A DNA stretch of 64,000 nt from Laetmonice hystrix (Eukaryota): the NCBI GenBank assembly GCA_965235115.1, contig OZ249436.1:1552001-1616000 (forward strand). The letters run 5' to 3'. This document shows positions 1-13,885 of this stretch, piece after piece; the stretch's first letter is position 1; each line of letters begins with the position of its first letter. The position numbers were made by a program, and so were the translations under genes. Under the pieces are notes generated by a model. The model saw only the letters and a program-made list of their open reading frames with translations, had not been told where the DNA came from and made no database searches.

Positions 1-482
1 CCAATATTAGCCGCCTCTGTGGGGTGTGTTCGTCACCCCCGTTATACCGCCACCCCACTCCCCACCCCACCTTTACCCACCCCAATATTAGCAGCCTCTG
101 TGGGGTGTGTTCGTCACCCCGTTATACCCCCATACCGCCACCCCACTCCCCACCCCACCTTTACCCACCCCAATATTAGCCGCCTCTGTGGGGTGTGTTC
201 GTCACCCCGTTATACCCCCATACCGCCACCCCACTCCCCGCCCCACCTTTACCCACCCCACTCCCCACCCCACCTTTACCCACCCCAATATTAGCCGCCT
301 CTGTGGGGTGTGTTCGTCACCCCGTTATACCCCCATACCGCCACCCCACTCCCCACCCCACCTTTACCCACCCCAATATTAGCCGCCTCTGTGGGGTGTG
401 TTCGTCACCCCGTTATACCCCCATACCGCCACCCCACTCCCCACCCCACCTTTACCCACCCCAATATTAGCAGCCTCTGTGG
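1..482. repeat. ~88-bp C-rich minisatellite (CCAATATTAGCCGCCTCTGTGGGGTGTGTTCGTCACCCC...), ~5.5 copies, probably continuing left of the window
   Basis: CCAATATTAG recurs at about 1, 82, 170, 285, 373 and 461. Confidence 0.9.
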
Positions 483-675
483 ATGAGGAGCATTGGTACA
501 GTCATGAACACCATGCCACAGGAATCTGCAGGTTTTCTCTATAAACGCATCAACCCGTGGATGCTATTCTTAATCAATAATACTGCGCCATATTCACGCC
601 AGGAGAGTATGATACACAACTAAAAGCCATGCTTTATTCAGAGATAATGTCAGCTGTTGTTTCACGGGACCGGAC

Positions 676-767
676 AACTCCACGGTCCATGTCATACCGA
701 GTGGTCCACTTGTATTGTAACTCCACGGTCCATGTCATACCGAGTGGTCCACTTGTATTCTAACTCC
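676..767. repeat. 42-bp tandem duplication (AACTCCACGGTCCATGTCATACCGAGTGGTCCACTTGTATT)
   Basis: two adjacent near-identical copies. Confidence 0.8.
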
Positions 768-1310
768 GAGATGAATACCTCAAGACGGAACATTGCGGTA
801 GTCTGCCGCAGTGACGCCTCACCTGACGCCACCATTGACGCCTCCACAGGCGCCTCCAGTGCGGTCTATGGCTGCGAGGGAAGACAGATATCTGACTATC
901 TTATTATCATTTGTCAGCAGGACAAGCCAGCCAGGTCGGCCGATCATCCATATTCTCCACAGGGCCAACATTTCCACCATTGCATGAAGACAACCTCCTA
1001 CCTCAGGACAAATCCCATCGTCTGGTATTCATTGGATCAATAAAAACACATTGCATGCATTTACCCTCTTGTTGATGGTCGACATGAATATGAAAACATG
1101 GAGAATTACGTACCGCATGGGGGCAATGCAATCCATATCACAGCCGCCACCAGCCTCCACATGATCGTAAAGAAAACGTTCTCTTGGGACAGATCAACCT
1201 ACTCCTGTCGTCTAGCTTCTGGTGTTGACCTAGATGGCTTGACTCCGTGCGAGCATGCACCGACCGACTCAATGCATGTCAGCCTCTCCCTCAAGGACTG
1301 CCGAGGTTCT

Positions 1311-1378
1311 GGCAGCAGCAGCCGCAGCAGTACCAGCAGCAGCAGCAGCAGTAGCAGTAGCAGCAGCAGCAGCAGTAT

Positions 1379-1409
<31 letters not shown>

Positions 1410-1440
1410 TCCAGCAGCAGCAGCAGCAGCAGTAGCAGGC
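1311..1440. repeat. imperfect (CAG)n trinucleotide microsatellite
   Basis: CAG run interrupted by TAG/TAC/TTC; no convincing host CDS. Confidence 0.85.
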
Positions 1441-1758
1441 AGAGGACGAGCCGGTTTTACGCCGGCTCATGGCGCTGCGCCTGCTGTTGTTGCTGAGGCG
1501 GCTGAGGTGATGCTGCCCTCACCATCATTGTTACGACTATAGGCGCAACTTATTTCACTCTTCACCAGTAATTTCTGTAAGGCATCGCTGATACAGGCAT
1601 CTTTTTTGATTAAATACAGCCCATCCTGAATGTATTTTACTCAGATGCAAGTTGAACCTCAAAAATCTCGTCATTTTACCATTACCCCCTCCCCGACAGG
1701 ATAGGCTCGGAGGCCTACAGGGTTCATTGGCAGAAAGTCTTACAGTTATAGAAACAGA

Positions 1759-4700
1759 TCTAGGATAGGGCATGCACTGACCTCAGGCCCAGGTCTAGGA
1801 TAGGGCATGCACTGACCTCAGGCCCAGGTCTAGGATAGGGCATGGACTGACCTCAGGCCCAGGTCTAGGATAGGGCATACACTGACCTCAGGCCCAGGTC
1901 TAGGATAGGGCATACACTGACCTCAGGCCCAGGTCTAGGATAGGGCATGCACTGACCTCAGGCCCAGGTCTAGGATAGGGCATGCACTGACCTCAGGACG
2001 CCCAGGTCTAGGATAGGGCATGCACTGACCTCAGGCCCAGGTCTAGGATAGGGCATGCAATGACCTCAGGACGCTCAGGTCTAGGATAGGGCATGCACTG
2101 ACCTCAGGCCCAGGTCTAGGATAGGGCATTCATTGACCCCAGGCCCAGGTCTAGGATAGGGCATGCACTGACCTCAGGCCCAAGTCTAGGATAGGGCATA
2201 CACTGACCTCAGGACGCTCAGGTCTAGGATGGGGCATGCAATGACCTCAAGCCCAGGTCTAGGATAGGGCATACACTGACCTCAGGACGCCCAGGTCTAG
2301 GATAGGGCATACACTGACCTCAGGACGCCCAGGTCTAGGATAGGGCATGCACTGACCTCAGGACGCCCAGGTCTAGGATAGGGCATGCACTGACCTCAGG
2401 CCCAGGTCTAGGATAGGGCATACACTGACCTCAGGACGCCCAGGTCTAGGATAGGGCATGCACTGACCTCAGGACGCCCAGGTCTAGGATAGGGCATGCA
2501 CTGACCTCAGGACGCCCAGGTCTAGGATAGAGCATGCACTGACCTCAGGACGCCCAGGTCTAGGATATGGCATGCAATGACCTCAAGCCCAGGTCTAGGA
2601 TAGGGCATACACTGACCTCAGGCCCAGGTCTAGGATAGAGCATGCACTGACCTCAGGACGCCCAGGTCTAGGATAGGGCATGCAATGACCTCAGGCCCAG
2701 GTCTAGGATAGGGCATACACTGACCTCAGGCCCAGGTCTAGGATAGGGCATGCACTGACCTCAGGCCCAGGTCTAGGATAGGGCATGCACTGACCTCAGG
2801 CCCAGGTCTAGGATAGGGCATGCACTGACCTCAGGACGCCCAGGTCTAGGATAGGGCATGCACTGACCTCAGGACGCCCAGGTCTAGGATAAGGCATACA
2901 CTGACCTCAGGACGCCCAGGTCTAGGATAGGGCATGCACTGACCTCAGGACGCCCAGGTCTAGGATAGGGCATGCACTGACCTCAGGCCCAGGTCTAGGA
3001 TAGGGCATGCACTGACCTCAGGGCGCCCAGGTCTAGGATAGGGCATACACTGACCTCAGGACGCCCAGGTCTAGGATAGGGCATACACTGACCTCAGGAC
3101 CAGGTCTAGGATATGGCATGTACTGACCTCAGGACGCCCAGGTCTAGGATAGGGCATGCACTGACCTCAGGCCCAGGTCTAGGATAGGGCATGCACTGAC
3201 CTCAGGTCCAGGTCTAGGATAGGGCATGCACTGACCTCAGGCCCAGGTCTAGGATAGTGCATGCACTGACCTCAGGCCCAGGTCTAGGATAGGGCATGCA
3301 CTGACCTCAGGCCCAGGTCTATGATAGGGCATACACTGACCTCAGGCCCAGGTCTAGGATAGGGCATACACTGACCTCAGGACGCCCAGGTCTAGGATAG
3401 GGCATACACTGACCTCAGGACCAGGTCTAGGATATGGCATGTACTGACCTCAGGACGCCCAGGTCTAGGATAGGGCATGCACTGACCTCAGGCCCAGGTC
3501 TAGGATAGGGCATGCACTGACCTCAGGTCCAGGTCTAGGATAGGGCATGCACTGACCTCAGGCCCAGGTCTAGGATAGGGCATGCACTGACCTCAGGCCC
3601 AGGTCTAGGATAGGGCATGCACTGACCTCAGGACGCCCAGGTCTAGGATAGGGCATGCACTGACCTCAGGACGCCCAGGTCTAGGATAGGGCATGCACTG
3701 ACCTCAGGACGCCCAGGTCTAGGATAGGGCATGCACTGACCTCAGGACGCCCAGGTCTAGGATAGGGCATGCACTGACCTCAGGACGCCCAGGTCTAGGA
3801 TATGGCATACACTGACCTCAGGCCCAGGTCTAGGATAGGGCATGCACTGACCTCAGGCTCAGGTCTAGGATAGGGCATGCACTGACCTCAGGACGCCCAG
3901 GTCTAGGATATGGCATGCAATGACCTCAGGCCCAGGTCTAGGATAGGGCATACACTGACCTCAGGCCCAGGTCTAGGATAGGGCAAGTACTGACCTCAGG
4001 ACGCCCAGGTCTAGGATATGGCATGCAATGACCTCAGGCCCAGGTCTAGGATAGGGCATGCACTGACCTCAGGCCCAGGTCTAGGATAGGGCATGCACTG
4101 ACCTCAGGCCCAAGTCTAGGATAGGGCATACACTGACCTCAGGACGCTCAGGTCTAGGATGGGGCATGCAATGACCTCAAGCCCAGGTCTAGGATAGGGC
4201 ATACACTGACCTCAGGACGCCCAGGTCTAGGATAGGGCATACACTGACCTCAGGACGCCCAGGTCTAGGATAGGGCATGCACTGACCTCAGGACGCCCAG
4301 GTCTAGGATAGGGCATGCACTGACCTCAGGCCCAGGTCTAGGATAGGGCATACACTGACCTCAGGACGCCCAGGTCTAGGATAGGGCATGCACTGACCTC
4401 AGGACGCCCAGGTCTAGGATAGGGCATGCACTGACCTCAGGACGCCCAGGTCTAGGATAGAGCATGCACTGACCTCAGGACGCCCAGGTCTAGGATATGG
4501 CATGCAATGACCTCAAGCCCAGGTCTAGGATAGGGCATACACTGACCTCAGGCCCAGGTCTAGGATAGGGCATACACTGACCTCAGGCCCAGGTCTAGGA
4601 TAGAGCATGCACTGACCTCAGGACGCCCAGGTCTAGGATAGGGCATGCACTGACCTCAGGCCCAGGTCTAGGATAGGGCATACACTGACCTCAGGCCCAG

Positions 4701-6490
4701 GTCTAGGATAGGGCATACACTGACCTCAGGCCCAGGTCTAGGATAGGGCATACACTGACATCAGGACGCTCAGGTCTAGGATAGGGCATGCACTGACCTC
4801 AGGACGCCCAGGTCTAGGATAGGGCATGCACTGACCTCAGGCCCAGGTCTAGGATAGGGCATGCACTGACCTCAGGCCCAGGTCTAGGATAGTGCATGCA
4901 CTGACCTCAGGCCCAGGTCTAGGATAGGGCATGCACTGACCTCAGGCCCAGGTCTAGGATAGGGCATACACTGACCTCAGGCCCAGGTCTAGGATAGGGC
5001 ATACACTGACCTCAGGCCCAGGTCTAGGATAGGGCATACACTGACCTCAGGCCCAGGTCTAGGATAGGGCATGTACTGACCTCAGGCCCAGGTCTAGGAT
5101 AGGGCATACACTGACCTCAGGACGCCCAGGTCTAGGATAGGACATACACTGACCTCAGGCCCAGGTCTAGGATAGGGCATACACTGACCTCAGGCCCAGG
5201 TCTAGGATAGGGCATACACTGACCTCAGGACGCCCAGGTCTAGGATAGTGCATGCACTGACCTCAGGCCCAGGTCTAGGATAGGGCATACACTGACCTCA
5301 GGCCCAGGTCTAGGATAGGGCATACACTGACCTCAGGCCCAGGTCTAGGATAGGGCATACACTGACCTCAGGACGCCCAGGTCTAGGATAGGGCATACAC
5401 TGACCTCAGGCCCAGGTCTAGGATAGGGCATGCACTGACCTCAGGCCCAGGTCTAGGATAGGGCATACACTGACCTCAGGCCCAGGTCTAGGATAGGGCA
5501 TACACTGACCTCAGGCCCAGGTCTAGGATAGGGCATACACTGACCTCAGGCCCAGGTCTAGGATAGGGCATGCACTGACCTCAGGCCCAGGTCTAGGATA
5601 GGGCATGCACTGACCTCAGGCCCAGGTCTAGGATAGGGCATACACTGACCTCAGGCCCAGGTCTAGGATAGGGCATGCACTGACCTCAGGCCCAGGTCTA
5701 GGATAGGGCATACACTGACCTCAGGCCCAGGTCTAGGATAGGGCATGCACTGACCTCAGGACGCCCAGGTCTAGGATATGGCATGCAATGACCTCAGGCC
5801 CAGGTCTAGGATAGGGCATACACTGACCTCAGGCCCAGGTCTAGGATAGGGCATGCAATGACCTCAGGACGCCCAGGTCTAGGATAGGGCATACACTGAC
5901 CTCAGGCCCAGGTCTAGGATAGGGCATGCAATGACCTCAGGCCCAGGTCTAGGATAGGGCATACACTGACCTCAGGACGCCCAGGTCTAGGATAGGGCAT
6001 ACACTGACCTCAGGCCCAGGTCTAGGATAGGGCATACACTGACCTCAGGCCCAGGTCTAGGATAGGGCATACACTGACCTCAGGCCCAGGTCTAGGATAG
6101 GGCATACACTGACCTCAGGCCCAGGTCTAGGATAGGGCATACACTGACCTCAGGACGCCCAGGTCTAGGATAGGGCATACACTGACCTCAGGCCCAGGTC
6201 TAGGATAGGGCATACACTGACCTCAGGACGCCCAGGTCTAGGATAGGGCATACATTGACCCCAGGCCCAGGTCTAGGATAGGGCATGCACTGACCTCAGG
6301 CCCAGGTCTAGGATAGGGCATACACTGACCTCAGGCCCAGGTCTAGGATAGGGCATACACTGACCTCAGGCCCAGGTCTAGGATAGGGCATACACTGACC
6401 TCAGGACGCCCAGGTCTAGGATAGGGCATACATTGACCCCAGGCCCAGGTCTAGGATAGGGCATACACTGACCTCAGGACGCCCAGGTCA
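1759..6490. repeat. 35/38-bp tandem satellite (TCTAGGATAGGGCATRCACTGACCTCAGG[ACG]CCCAGG), ~130 copies
   Basis: unit spacing 35 bp (1759 to 1794); variant with a 3-bp insertion; no long ORF in the track. Confidence 0.97.
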
Positions 6491-8686
6491 AAGCGTCAGT
6501 CAGATTAACTTAGAGGAAATTTAGGGAGAAATTTGTGGAAACGTCAGACATGAGAAATGGGTAGAGAGACCCATTAACACTATTATTATCGATACTAAAT
6601 GATCCTCCAAAATACAATTTGTATGAGTTATCGAGGCTCAGGGCAGACCTTTACTCTGTTAATGCTATTCGCCCCTGGAAGTACTGAGCCAGGACGGCAC
6701 GTGGCCCCATCCCGAGTCGGGGTCATGTGAGGTCAGGTCTGGCGTCTCAATGTCCGCCATATATAACATCCACATCTGGGGTTCGAATTTAGGTTGACCC
6801 GAGACTCTGCATTGGTACGGGGATAGATGTTACCAAAATATCAGGATTATGTAACAGTAGACAGCCCTTTGCCCCTGGACTATTGAGTTTGACACTTAAT
6901 AAAAATAAGTACCTGGTTTTGAGTTTTTCATTTGGAAATACAACTTAAATTAACCTTTCTGACTTCAGTAGATTAAAATGTGCGATACAAAAATCTTCCG
7001 ACAATTAGATAGATTACGACTGTGTCCACTTTATACATAATATGGGTTGATTAAGCTAACTATCGTTTCGAGTTCCAGTAGCGGCACGAGGTGGAGACGG
7101 TGCTGTGCCGTATAACACCGTCTGATCGACCTCGCGCCCTCATGCAATATCCATTATATATTATAACGCTGAACTGACACAAAATAGTTGACCTTCACTA
7201 CATAGATCTTTTGGAAATAAACATTCGGATATTCTACGGAAGCCCAATTGTAGGGAAGGGAGACCTATTTAGACACTCGAAAACGCAGTTTGCTGTGTAC
7301 ACTGTGAAAGCGCGACTACTTAGAATTGAAGGGAAAGGGAAGAAAGATCAACGCAAAGTCGATTACCTTTAGGTCTATAATTCTGTTATTCACTCACTCC
7401 CCCACTCACTCAATCACCCACTCTCGGCTGACCCCCCCCCCCCCCAATTCTTCATGCTGCCAAGGACTACAAACGTATGTCGTAAAACATGAAGAGCCAT
7501 TCCAGAACAATGCCTCCCCAGTCTCGACTGGGTGGCATACGTTGAACATTATATAATATCATTGGTAGGTTCTACACTGACCGCGAAAAACAGTCGGCAC
7601 AAACAATACAGGTTTATTGTAAGGTGACACTTGTAGGCCTACAAGCCAATGTGTACAGCCATGAGGTGAGAGAAAATACTTTGGTTTGATAGTAGGCCGA
7701 CTCTAATTTTATAGGGATCCCTAGAATGTGTATTCAAACGAGTCGGTAGACATACCGAAGGCTTTTTTTTTATAAGTCTTTACTAAATAATCATAAAGAA
7801 ATAAGCATATTGAAGATTAGATTCTCTATATACAACAAAGTCGTATATAACTGGTTTATCGTTGAGCGCCCTGACCAAACACCACTGATATACGTCATGA
7901 CGTATAAAATATGGCTTTGCAATCAGGTTCCAACTTATACCATGCAGCACGGTCGAATGTGCCACTCGAAATAGTTGTATCGAGAAGTTTTATTAAGGAC
8001 ATGTTGTAATACTTCTGACCAGTATGCTTGTATAGGCATTGTATGGTCGTGTATCCAGCCATTCATCCAACTAATCTGTTATAATCCGGCTTTCAAATGG
8101 TACGGAAGCGTATTTGTTTCAATAGTTGGGTCCCTATTGTTGTTTGTGGGGTTGAAAGTTCCATTTTCCACGCTCGGTTGATGAAAACATTCCTTGTAAA
8201 AATGTTTCCATGTGTGGTCTGCGATCCTCTTAAAAATCCACAGGCTTTTCAGGTTTTTCAGGATATCTGAAAGGGGCAGGTTCTGAGGTTGACTAGTAGA
8301 TCTAGATGCCGACAAAAGCAGTAATGAATCAATCATGTATACTCACCTCGTCACTTTTCAATAATTACTGAAGAGATAATCTGAAAACGTGAGTTTCTTA
8401 GAAAATGTCTAATACATGTAATAACTTACCAAACCAATCATTTTTAAGGGCACGTCATATCTTTGAACAAATCATCCATACCTAAAAAAAATGGAAGGGC
8501 ATCCATGGGTAAAAAATAACTCTTTTTTTTTTCATTAAAAAAAATTCATCCTAAATAACAGGAGTCCACTTCAAGAAATATCCCTAAAATCACTTACATC
8601 CTGGCATATGTAGGGATCATCCTGAGTAATTGTCCCTTTGGGCCACCGTACTACCTACAGGATCAGTTGTGCCCTAAACGAACTGT

Positions 8687-8872
8687 TGCAGTAACAGTTG
8701 GACCGTGGAGTCGGAGTGGGCTGTCAGTAACAGTTGGACCGTGGAGTCGGAGTGGGCTGTCAGTAACAGTTGGACCGTGGAGTCGGAGTGGGCTGTCAGT
8801 AACAGTTGGACCGTGGAGTCGGAGTGGGCTGTCAGTAACAGTTGGACCGTGGAGTCGGAGTGGGCTGTCAGT
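8687..8872. repeat. 36-bp minisatellite x5 (GTAACAGTTGGACCGTGGAGTCGGAGTGGGCTGTCA)
   Basis: five perfect tandem copies. Confidence 0.93.
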
Positions 8873-10372
8873 GGCGGGCAGTCAGAAGGTCGGTGTGTTC
8901 TGGGAGTTCCGTGTTAAATTGTGATTTTTAACAAATACCAGTATCGGTGACAACCAAAGATTCTCGTATTTATTATGTGTTCCGGCTTATAAGAGTATAT
9001 GGATATAAATCCATATAACATAAGGGTAAACCTATAATTAACCGGTATGTTTCTATACATAATGTATAGATGTAGGCCTATAGAACTTGCATGTCGGTCC
9101 AGATATATGAATGTACATGCAGGCAATGAAGGAGGGTGATAGACACATGCTGGTATGTTGTGCAAGCAGTTGTGTACATGATTACATGTATGGCCTTACG
9201 AGTATGTGTTTAGATTATATACACACCATTGTATATTATGTATACACAATGTATTATATACTCTCTGACGAAATGGGAAAGTAGGGGCGCCTCCACGCCG
9301 CCAAATTCTGACCTCGTATTAATATATATGATTGCTTAAAAAACGAAACACAATACATTCCTTTGGGAGGATTTTTTTTATTTTTCAATAATAATTATTA
9401 GCGTCGTCAATATGACGTAACATATTACGTAATCATGATGATCGTTATATATCCCAGGATGACCCTACATTGACCCCTTCATTCAAAGTGATTAATTTCA
9501 GATCACCCTTTCAGGGTCACATGTCCCGCCCTTTCCGATCCCCGAACTTTAGCCATATTACACAAATAGGGGCCTATATAATTATAGGCCTTACATAACG
9601 ATAATGGTTGCCGAGTTCGGCTGTGGGTGCACATTATGTGAACAAAGTCAGGTGAACTGAGAAATTACTATCAATGGAAAGGAAATGACTGTGAACAAAA
9701 GAACTTTCTATTTTAGCGAGTTTTCATGACTGCAGCCGTTGTGCTCAGTCTGAGCCTATTAAACCCCATAGTGACCGCATTGTTCAGCCCCCCCCCCCCC
9801 CCACCCACCGTGTTTAAAGGTACACTCTCCGATCTACCCGGTTCATTACCAGAGGAGTGCGTGCCCGACCGACTGGCCGGCCAACGGTCGCGTTACGTCA
9901 CGACAACCCACTTTCATTTTGTGAGGAACGTTATACAAATCCTCACTGCAGGAGGTCAGGTCGAGGATTTTAATGTGACCTTCACTCGTTTGGCGCCAAG
10001 CACGGCTTTATATAGGCCGAGCCATGATTTGAGTTAGTAACGACGATTTTAAGATAGTTACACTGGTTTGGCCGGGGGACGAGGTTGGAAGCCTGAAGGT
10101 GGTGGGAGGGGGGGGGGGAGGGTCACAGACTATAGGAAGGGACGTTAAGTATTATTATTTCAGTTATTTCCGAGTTGTGATGAAGGAAAGTCAGTGGATG
10201 ACCTCTCACTGTAACAAAGTACCGCTGTCGCCTCGTGACCGAAACAACTCACGGTTTGACCGTGAGCGTTTGAAATACAATAGGTGAGTTACATAATGGC
10301 TGAATAATATCAACCCGGTGATACTCCTTGTGCAGCCACACATCACGATACCTTGATATTCTCAGATAATGG

Positions 10373-10768
10373 TACCGCATGCTAACAGTTGTGGGTTGCG
10401 GCTAGCCACAAGTTCACGTCATTTCTATGGACATTGGAGAAAATTCCCCTCGTCACCGCATGCTAACAGTTGTGGGTTGCGGCAAGCCACAAGTTCACGT
10501 CATTTCTATGGACATTGGAGAACATTCACCTCGTCCCCGCATGCTAACAGTTGTGGGTTGCGGCAAGCCACAAGTTCACGTCATTTAGAACTATGGACAT
10601 TGGAGACAATTCACCTCGTCACCGAATGCTATCAGTTGTGGGTTACGGCTAGCCACAAGTTCAAGTCATTTCTATGGACATTGGAGACAATTCACCTCGT
10701 CACCGCATGCTAACAGTTGTGGGTTACGGCTAGCCACAAGTTTACGTCATTTCTATGGACGTTGGAGG
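10373..10768. repeat. ~81-bp minisatellite x~5 (ACCGCATGCTAACAGTTGTGGGTTGCGGCTAGCCACAAGTTCACGTCATTTCTATGGACATTGGAG...)
   Basis: recurrent unit with an internal TTGTGG..CCACAA inverted repeat. Confidence 0.88.
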
Positions 10769-12337
10769 TGCGCCCACGAAACCACCATCATACTATATGG
10801 CAAGGCCCAGGTGTACCACTAAGCGAGCCAATATAATATACCCTTCTATTTGAATAACGTTATAGCACCGATATCTATAGTCCTATTAGGCCTATACCCC
10901 GGGTGTCCATATTAATGACCTTCACAGATGGGGAATATGGCCACTTGTGAGAAAAAGATTACATCATTAAGTCCACATGAAATCGCGTTAGGCTTACATT
11001 TACTTTAAATCTTTGTGGTAGCACCCCATTGGTAATTTCCATACATGGTTATAGTGAAAAAATGAGCCTGAAGTTTAAGTGGATCCACTAATGCAATGGC
11101 TCTTCAGCAGGAAAAAGGCGTAGACATATAGGCCCTGTGTATGTAGCCTCCATATATATCCGCGTAGCCTGGACCACAAACTCAAGAGTCCATCCTGAAG
11201 CTGATCAAAAATGGTTCCCAGAATAGCCACTCGAGGGGGCAACAGTGAGGGTCATTGCTGATCCACATTCCCGCCGCAGAGACAGCTGAGAGAGACACAG
11301 ACAGACAGACAGACACCTGAGGGCACGGCTCCCTCCCGATCGTTTGTGTACCGAGATGCTGCAGGGTCATTGTGACGTAATTATACCCGTCCTCACCCTT
11401 TTGTGACGTGTTATATATAAATTGGCCTCCCAGTCTGAGTGTTCAGGTGGTCGGTATAGAGTTAAACTTAAACTTTCCTGACCAATGGTAAACGGGCACT
11501 CCTTTTAAGCCTATGGCATTCCCCTGCTTATTGTCATCAGTTGAGGATCCATACATACGTTCTGCTTTATCTGCAGATATAGGCTACATCTATTAGCTAC
11601 GTGTATCTACACTCATACACCATGAATACCAAATAGCTCTGACCCCAACAACGCAACACAAGGTGAGACTGAGAGACCACAGAAGACGAGGCGCTGAAGC
11701 GAATAAAACTTGGCAGCCGTATACTTGAGTACTTAGGGACATGTTGGTGCCGTGACAGCGTTACCAGGACTGACACAGTCACCTGGATATACTCTGGATT
11801 CTAATACTCAACCGTTAACCATGGATATCATCACATGGTCTATATACACACAGACAGGTAGGTGTTCGGGGATGACAGTGTGGGCCTACCCTGGCATAGC
11901 GTATACAATCCAGTAGGCCTCACTGCATATTGGGGCTATCAGCAACAGGTCTGCTGACATACAATGCACAGGTAGGCATAACGGTAGCCATGTGGGACTT
12001 ATATACTTTAATAGGTGACGCATATATGTACATGTTTTGTATCATGGATTGTAATTAAGCTGCATATAGGCCTACATGTAGCCTATACGTACACGACTAG
12101 GCCTATATTGATTGTTAATTATACGCCAACCGTTAGTGCACGTGGACTCTATAGGCCGGCCCTTATAGTCTACATGCAACGTCCAAACAGAAAGAAATCT
12201 CAAACATATTACCAAGGACTGGTGTTCAGGTGTATTAAGGTCTATTATGTTCAAAGTTATACCCCGCTGTCGACCTACTTCACTAATATTTTATATTATG
12301 TGATATTATGACACCAACCGCGTGGATTATGTATAGA

Positions 12338-12807
12338 CAGTGGGGGATCCAGGATTTTGATAAGGGGAGGGCCCACCTAAAAATTTTTTTAGCCTCGCTA
12401 CGCTTTGCATGATTTAATTGTAATTATGGCCATTTTGGGCCCCTTTTGGTCTATTTCAATGCTGCATGGCCCAGAGTTATGTTGCTCCTGGGCCCAGTTC
12501 ACAAACAAAGTGAAGTCAATTTTAATTAACTTGAAATCCATTTTAACCAATCAGATTCAAGTAAAATTGACTTCAAGTCAATTAAAATTGACTTGACTTT
12601 GTTCGTGAACTGGGCCCTGGATGACTGAGGAGGCCATATTGGGCCCGATGTTACTATCACATACAATATAGGAGGCTTTTTTTACAGACTTTTGTTGGAA
12701 TACTGGTTTCAGGGTCCGAATAATGCACCTTCTTACAAAAAAGCGGGGAAAAGGAAAATTTAAGGGGGGGCCGGGCCCCTTGCCCCCCCCCCCTGGATCC
12801 CCCAGTG
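12338..12807. mobile_element. non-autonomous DNA transposon (MITE) with TIRs CAGTGGGGGATCCAGG / CCTGGATCCCCCAGTG
   Basis: 16-bp TIRs (1 mismatch), flanking direct repeat ATAGA on both sides, G/C-run subtermini; related termini at ~14554 and in intron 2 of the secreted gene (e.g. ~27752-27767). Confidence 0.7.
12491..12616. mobile_element. 126-bp MITE, probably PIF/Harbinger-derived, nested in the preceding MITE
   Basis: long TIRs GGCCCAGTTCACAAACAAAGTGAAGTCAATTTTAATT / AATTAAAATTGACTTGACTTTGTTCGTGAACTGGGCC; 3-bp CTG duplication on both sides. Confidence 0.75.
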
Positions 12808-13799
12808 ATAGACATGCTTCGATCTGGACGGATGTAGGCCTAAGTAGGACTATACTTGTCGTGTTAATTACAATCTATATTACTATACTCAAAGAAATCT
12901 AAACTCAGAATGAGAAAGGTAGGCCTGACGCACTGAATCGGTATGCACTTTGGACGTCTAGGAGTAGATCTAGGCCTCAGTCCACCCGATGATGATGTAG
13001 TCAATCTGATAAGGTATGGAGTATCACTAATCAAAGTGAATAGGCCCTATAGACATATACTATCGCCCTGATTGATATTGAACTAAACAGTCTTACTGGC
13101 CTGCTACCGGTAGGTCTGCACCACCTGGCCATAATGACAGTTCATATCGACTAAAAAGTTTTTTTTAAATATTCGACTCAGAAATAGATTCTTTTATACA
13201 AGATAGGCTATAGATCGGGGATTCATGTTCAGAAACCAAAAAATACAATGTCTCACCAAGGATCGAAATGACAAAACAAAATGACATAGATCCCTCTAGA
13301 GTAGGCCTACACTATAGGTTTAAGACACTTGGCTAATATTGTAGAAATTGTCAAGAACTAATTAATACATGTGGGTATTTTGAAGAATATAGACATGCAT
13401 GCCTACCAGCCTACTCTAGCTACTCTGTGTGTGATTTCCTCTTTCCTCTTTCCGCGATTTCCATGATGCCCCCACCCCTTCCGGATGAAAAGATCTCACA
13501 TTTTTTGCTGCTTCCTCGGCCAGTCGAATCCGTATCGTCCACATGTGAGATGAGTGATTTTGTGATTGTGTGATGCTGATCGAACATTCTGCCAGCTCGT
13601 ACAAATTGATCAATGTTTTACTTTTGTTTAGTTTTTTCCCCTTCTTCTTTCTTGTTATTTTAGCTCCATATTAGCAGGTCAATAGTTACGTGGGTGGTCT
13701 GGACCAGTCATGTGCTGTCGGGGCGAGCGATGTTTCCGTATCAACTGCCATTGTGTCTGCTTCAGATGCCGGAACTGCTCCGAATGCGAGCGAATCTTC

Positions 13800-13885
13800 G
13801 GCTCGGGCGGCATCGGAGATACACTAGGCGGGAACGCGCTCGGTACGTACTGACGTCACGTGTAGGCAGACGACACTTCCTACAA
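13800..13885. promoter_or_regulatory. possible promoter: overlapping CRE/E-box (TGACGTCACGTG) and ETS (ACTTCC) in a CpG-rich patch
   Basis: motifs at ~13851-13862 and ~13875; no associated CDS identified. Confidence 0.3.

Noticed and set aside
1098..1542. Poly-Ser/poly-Ala ORFs over the CAG tract
   Set aside because: Low-complexity frames with no recognisable domain or consistent exon structure.
8347..13620. Scattered possible minus-strand exons (8347-8380, ~11630-11782, ~13420-13800) of a gene driven from ~13850
   Set aside because: Splice-like signals exist, but I could not assemble a coherent ORF or recognise a product.
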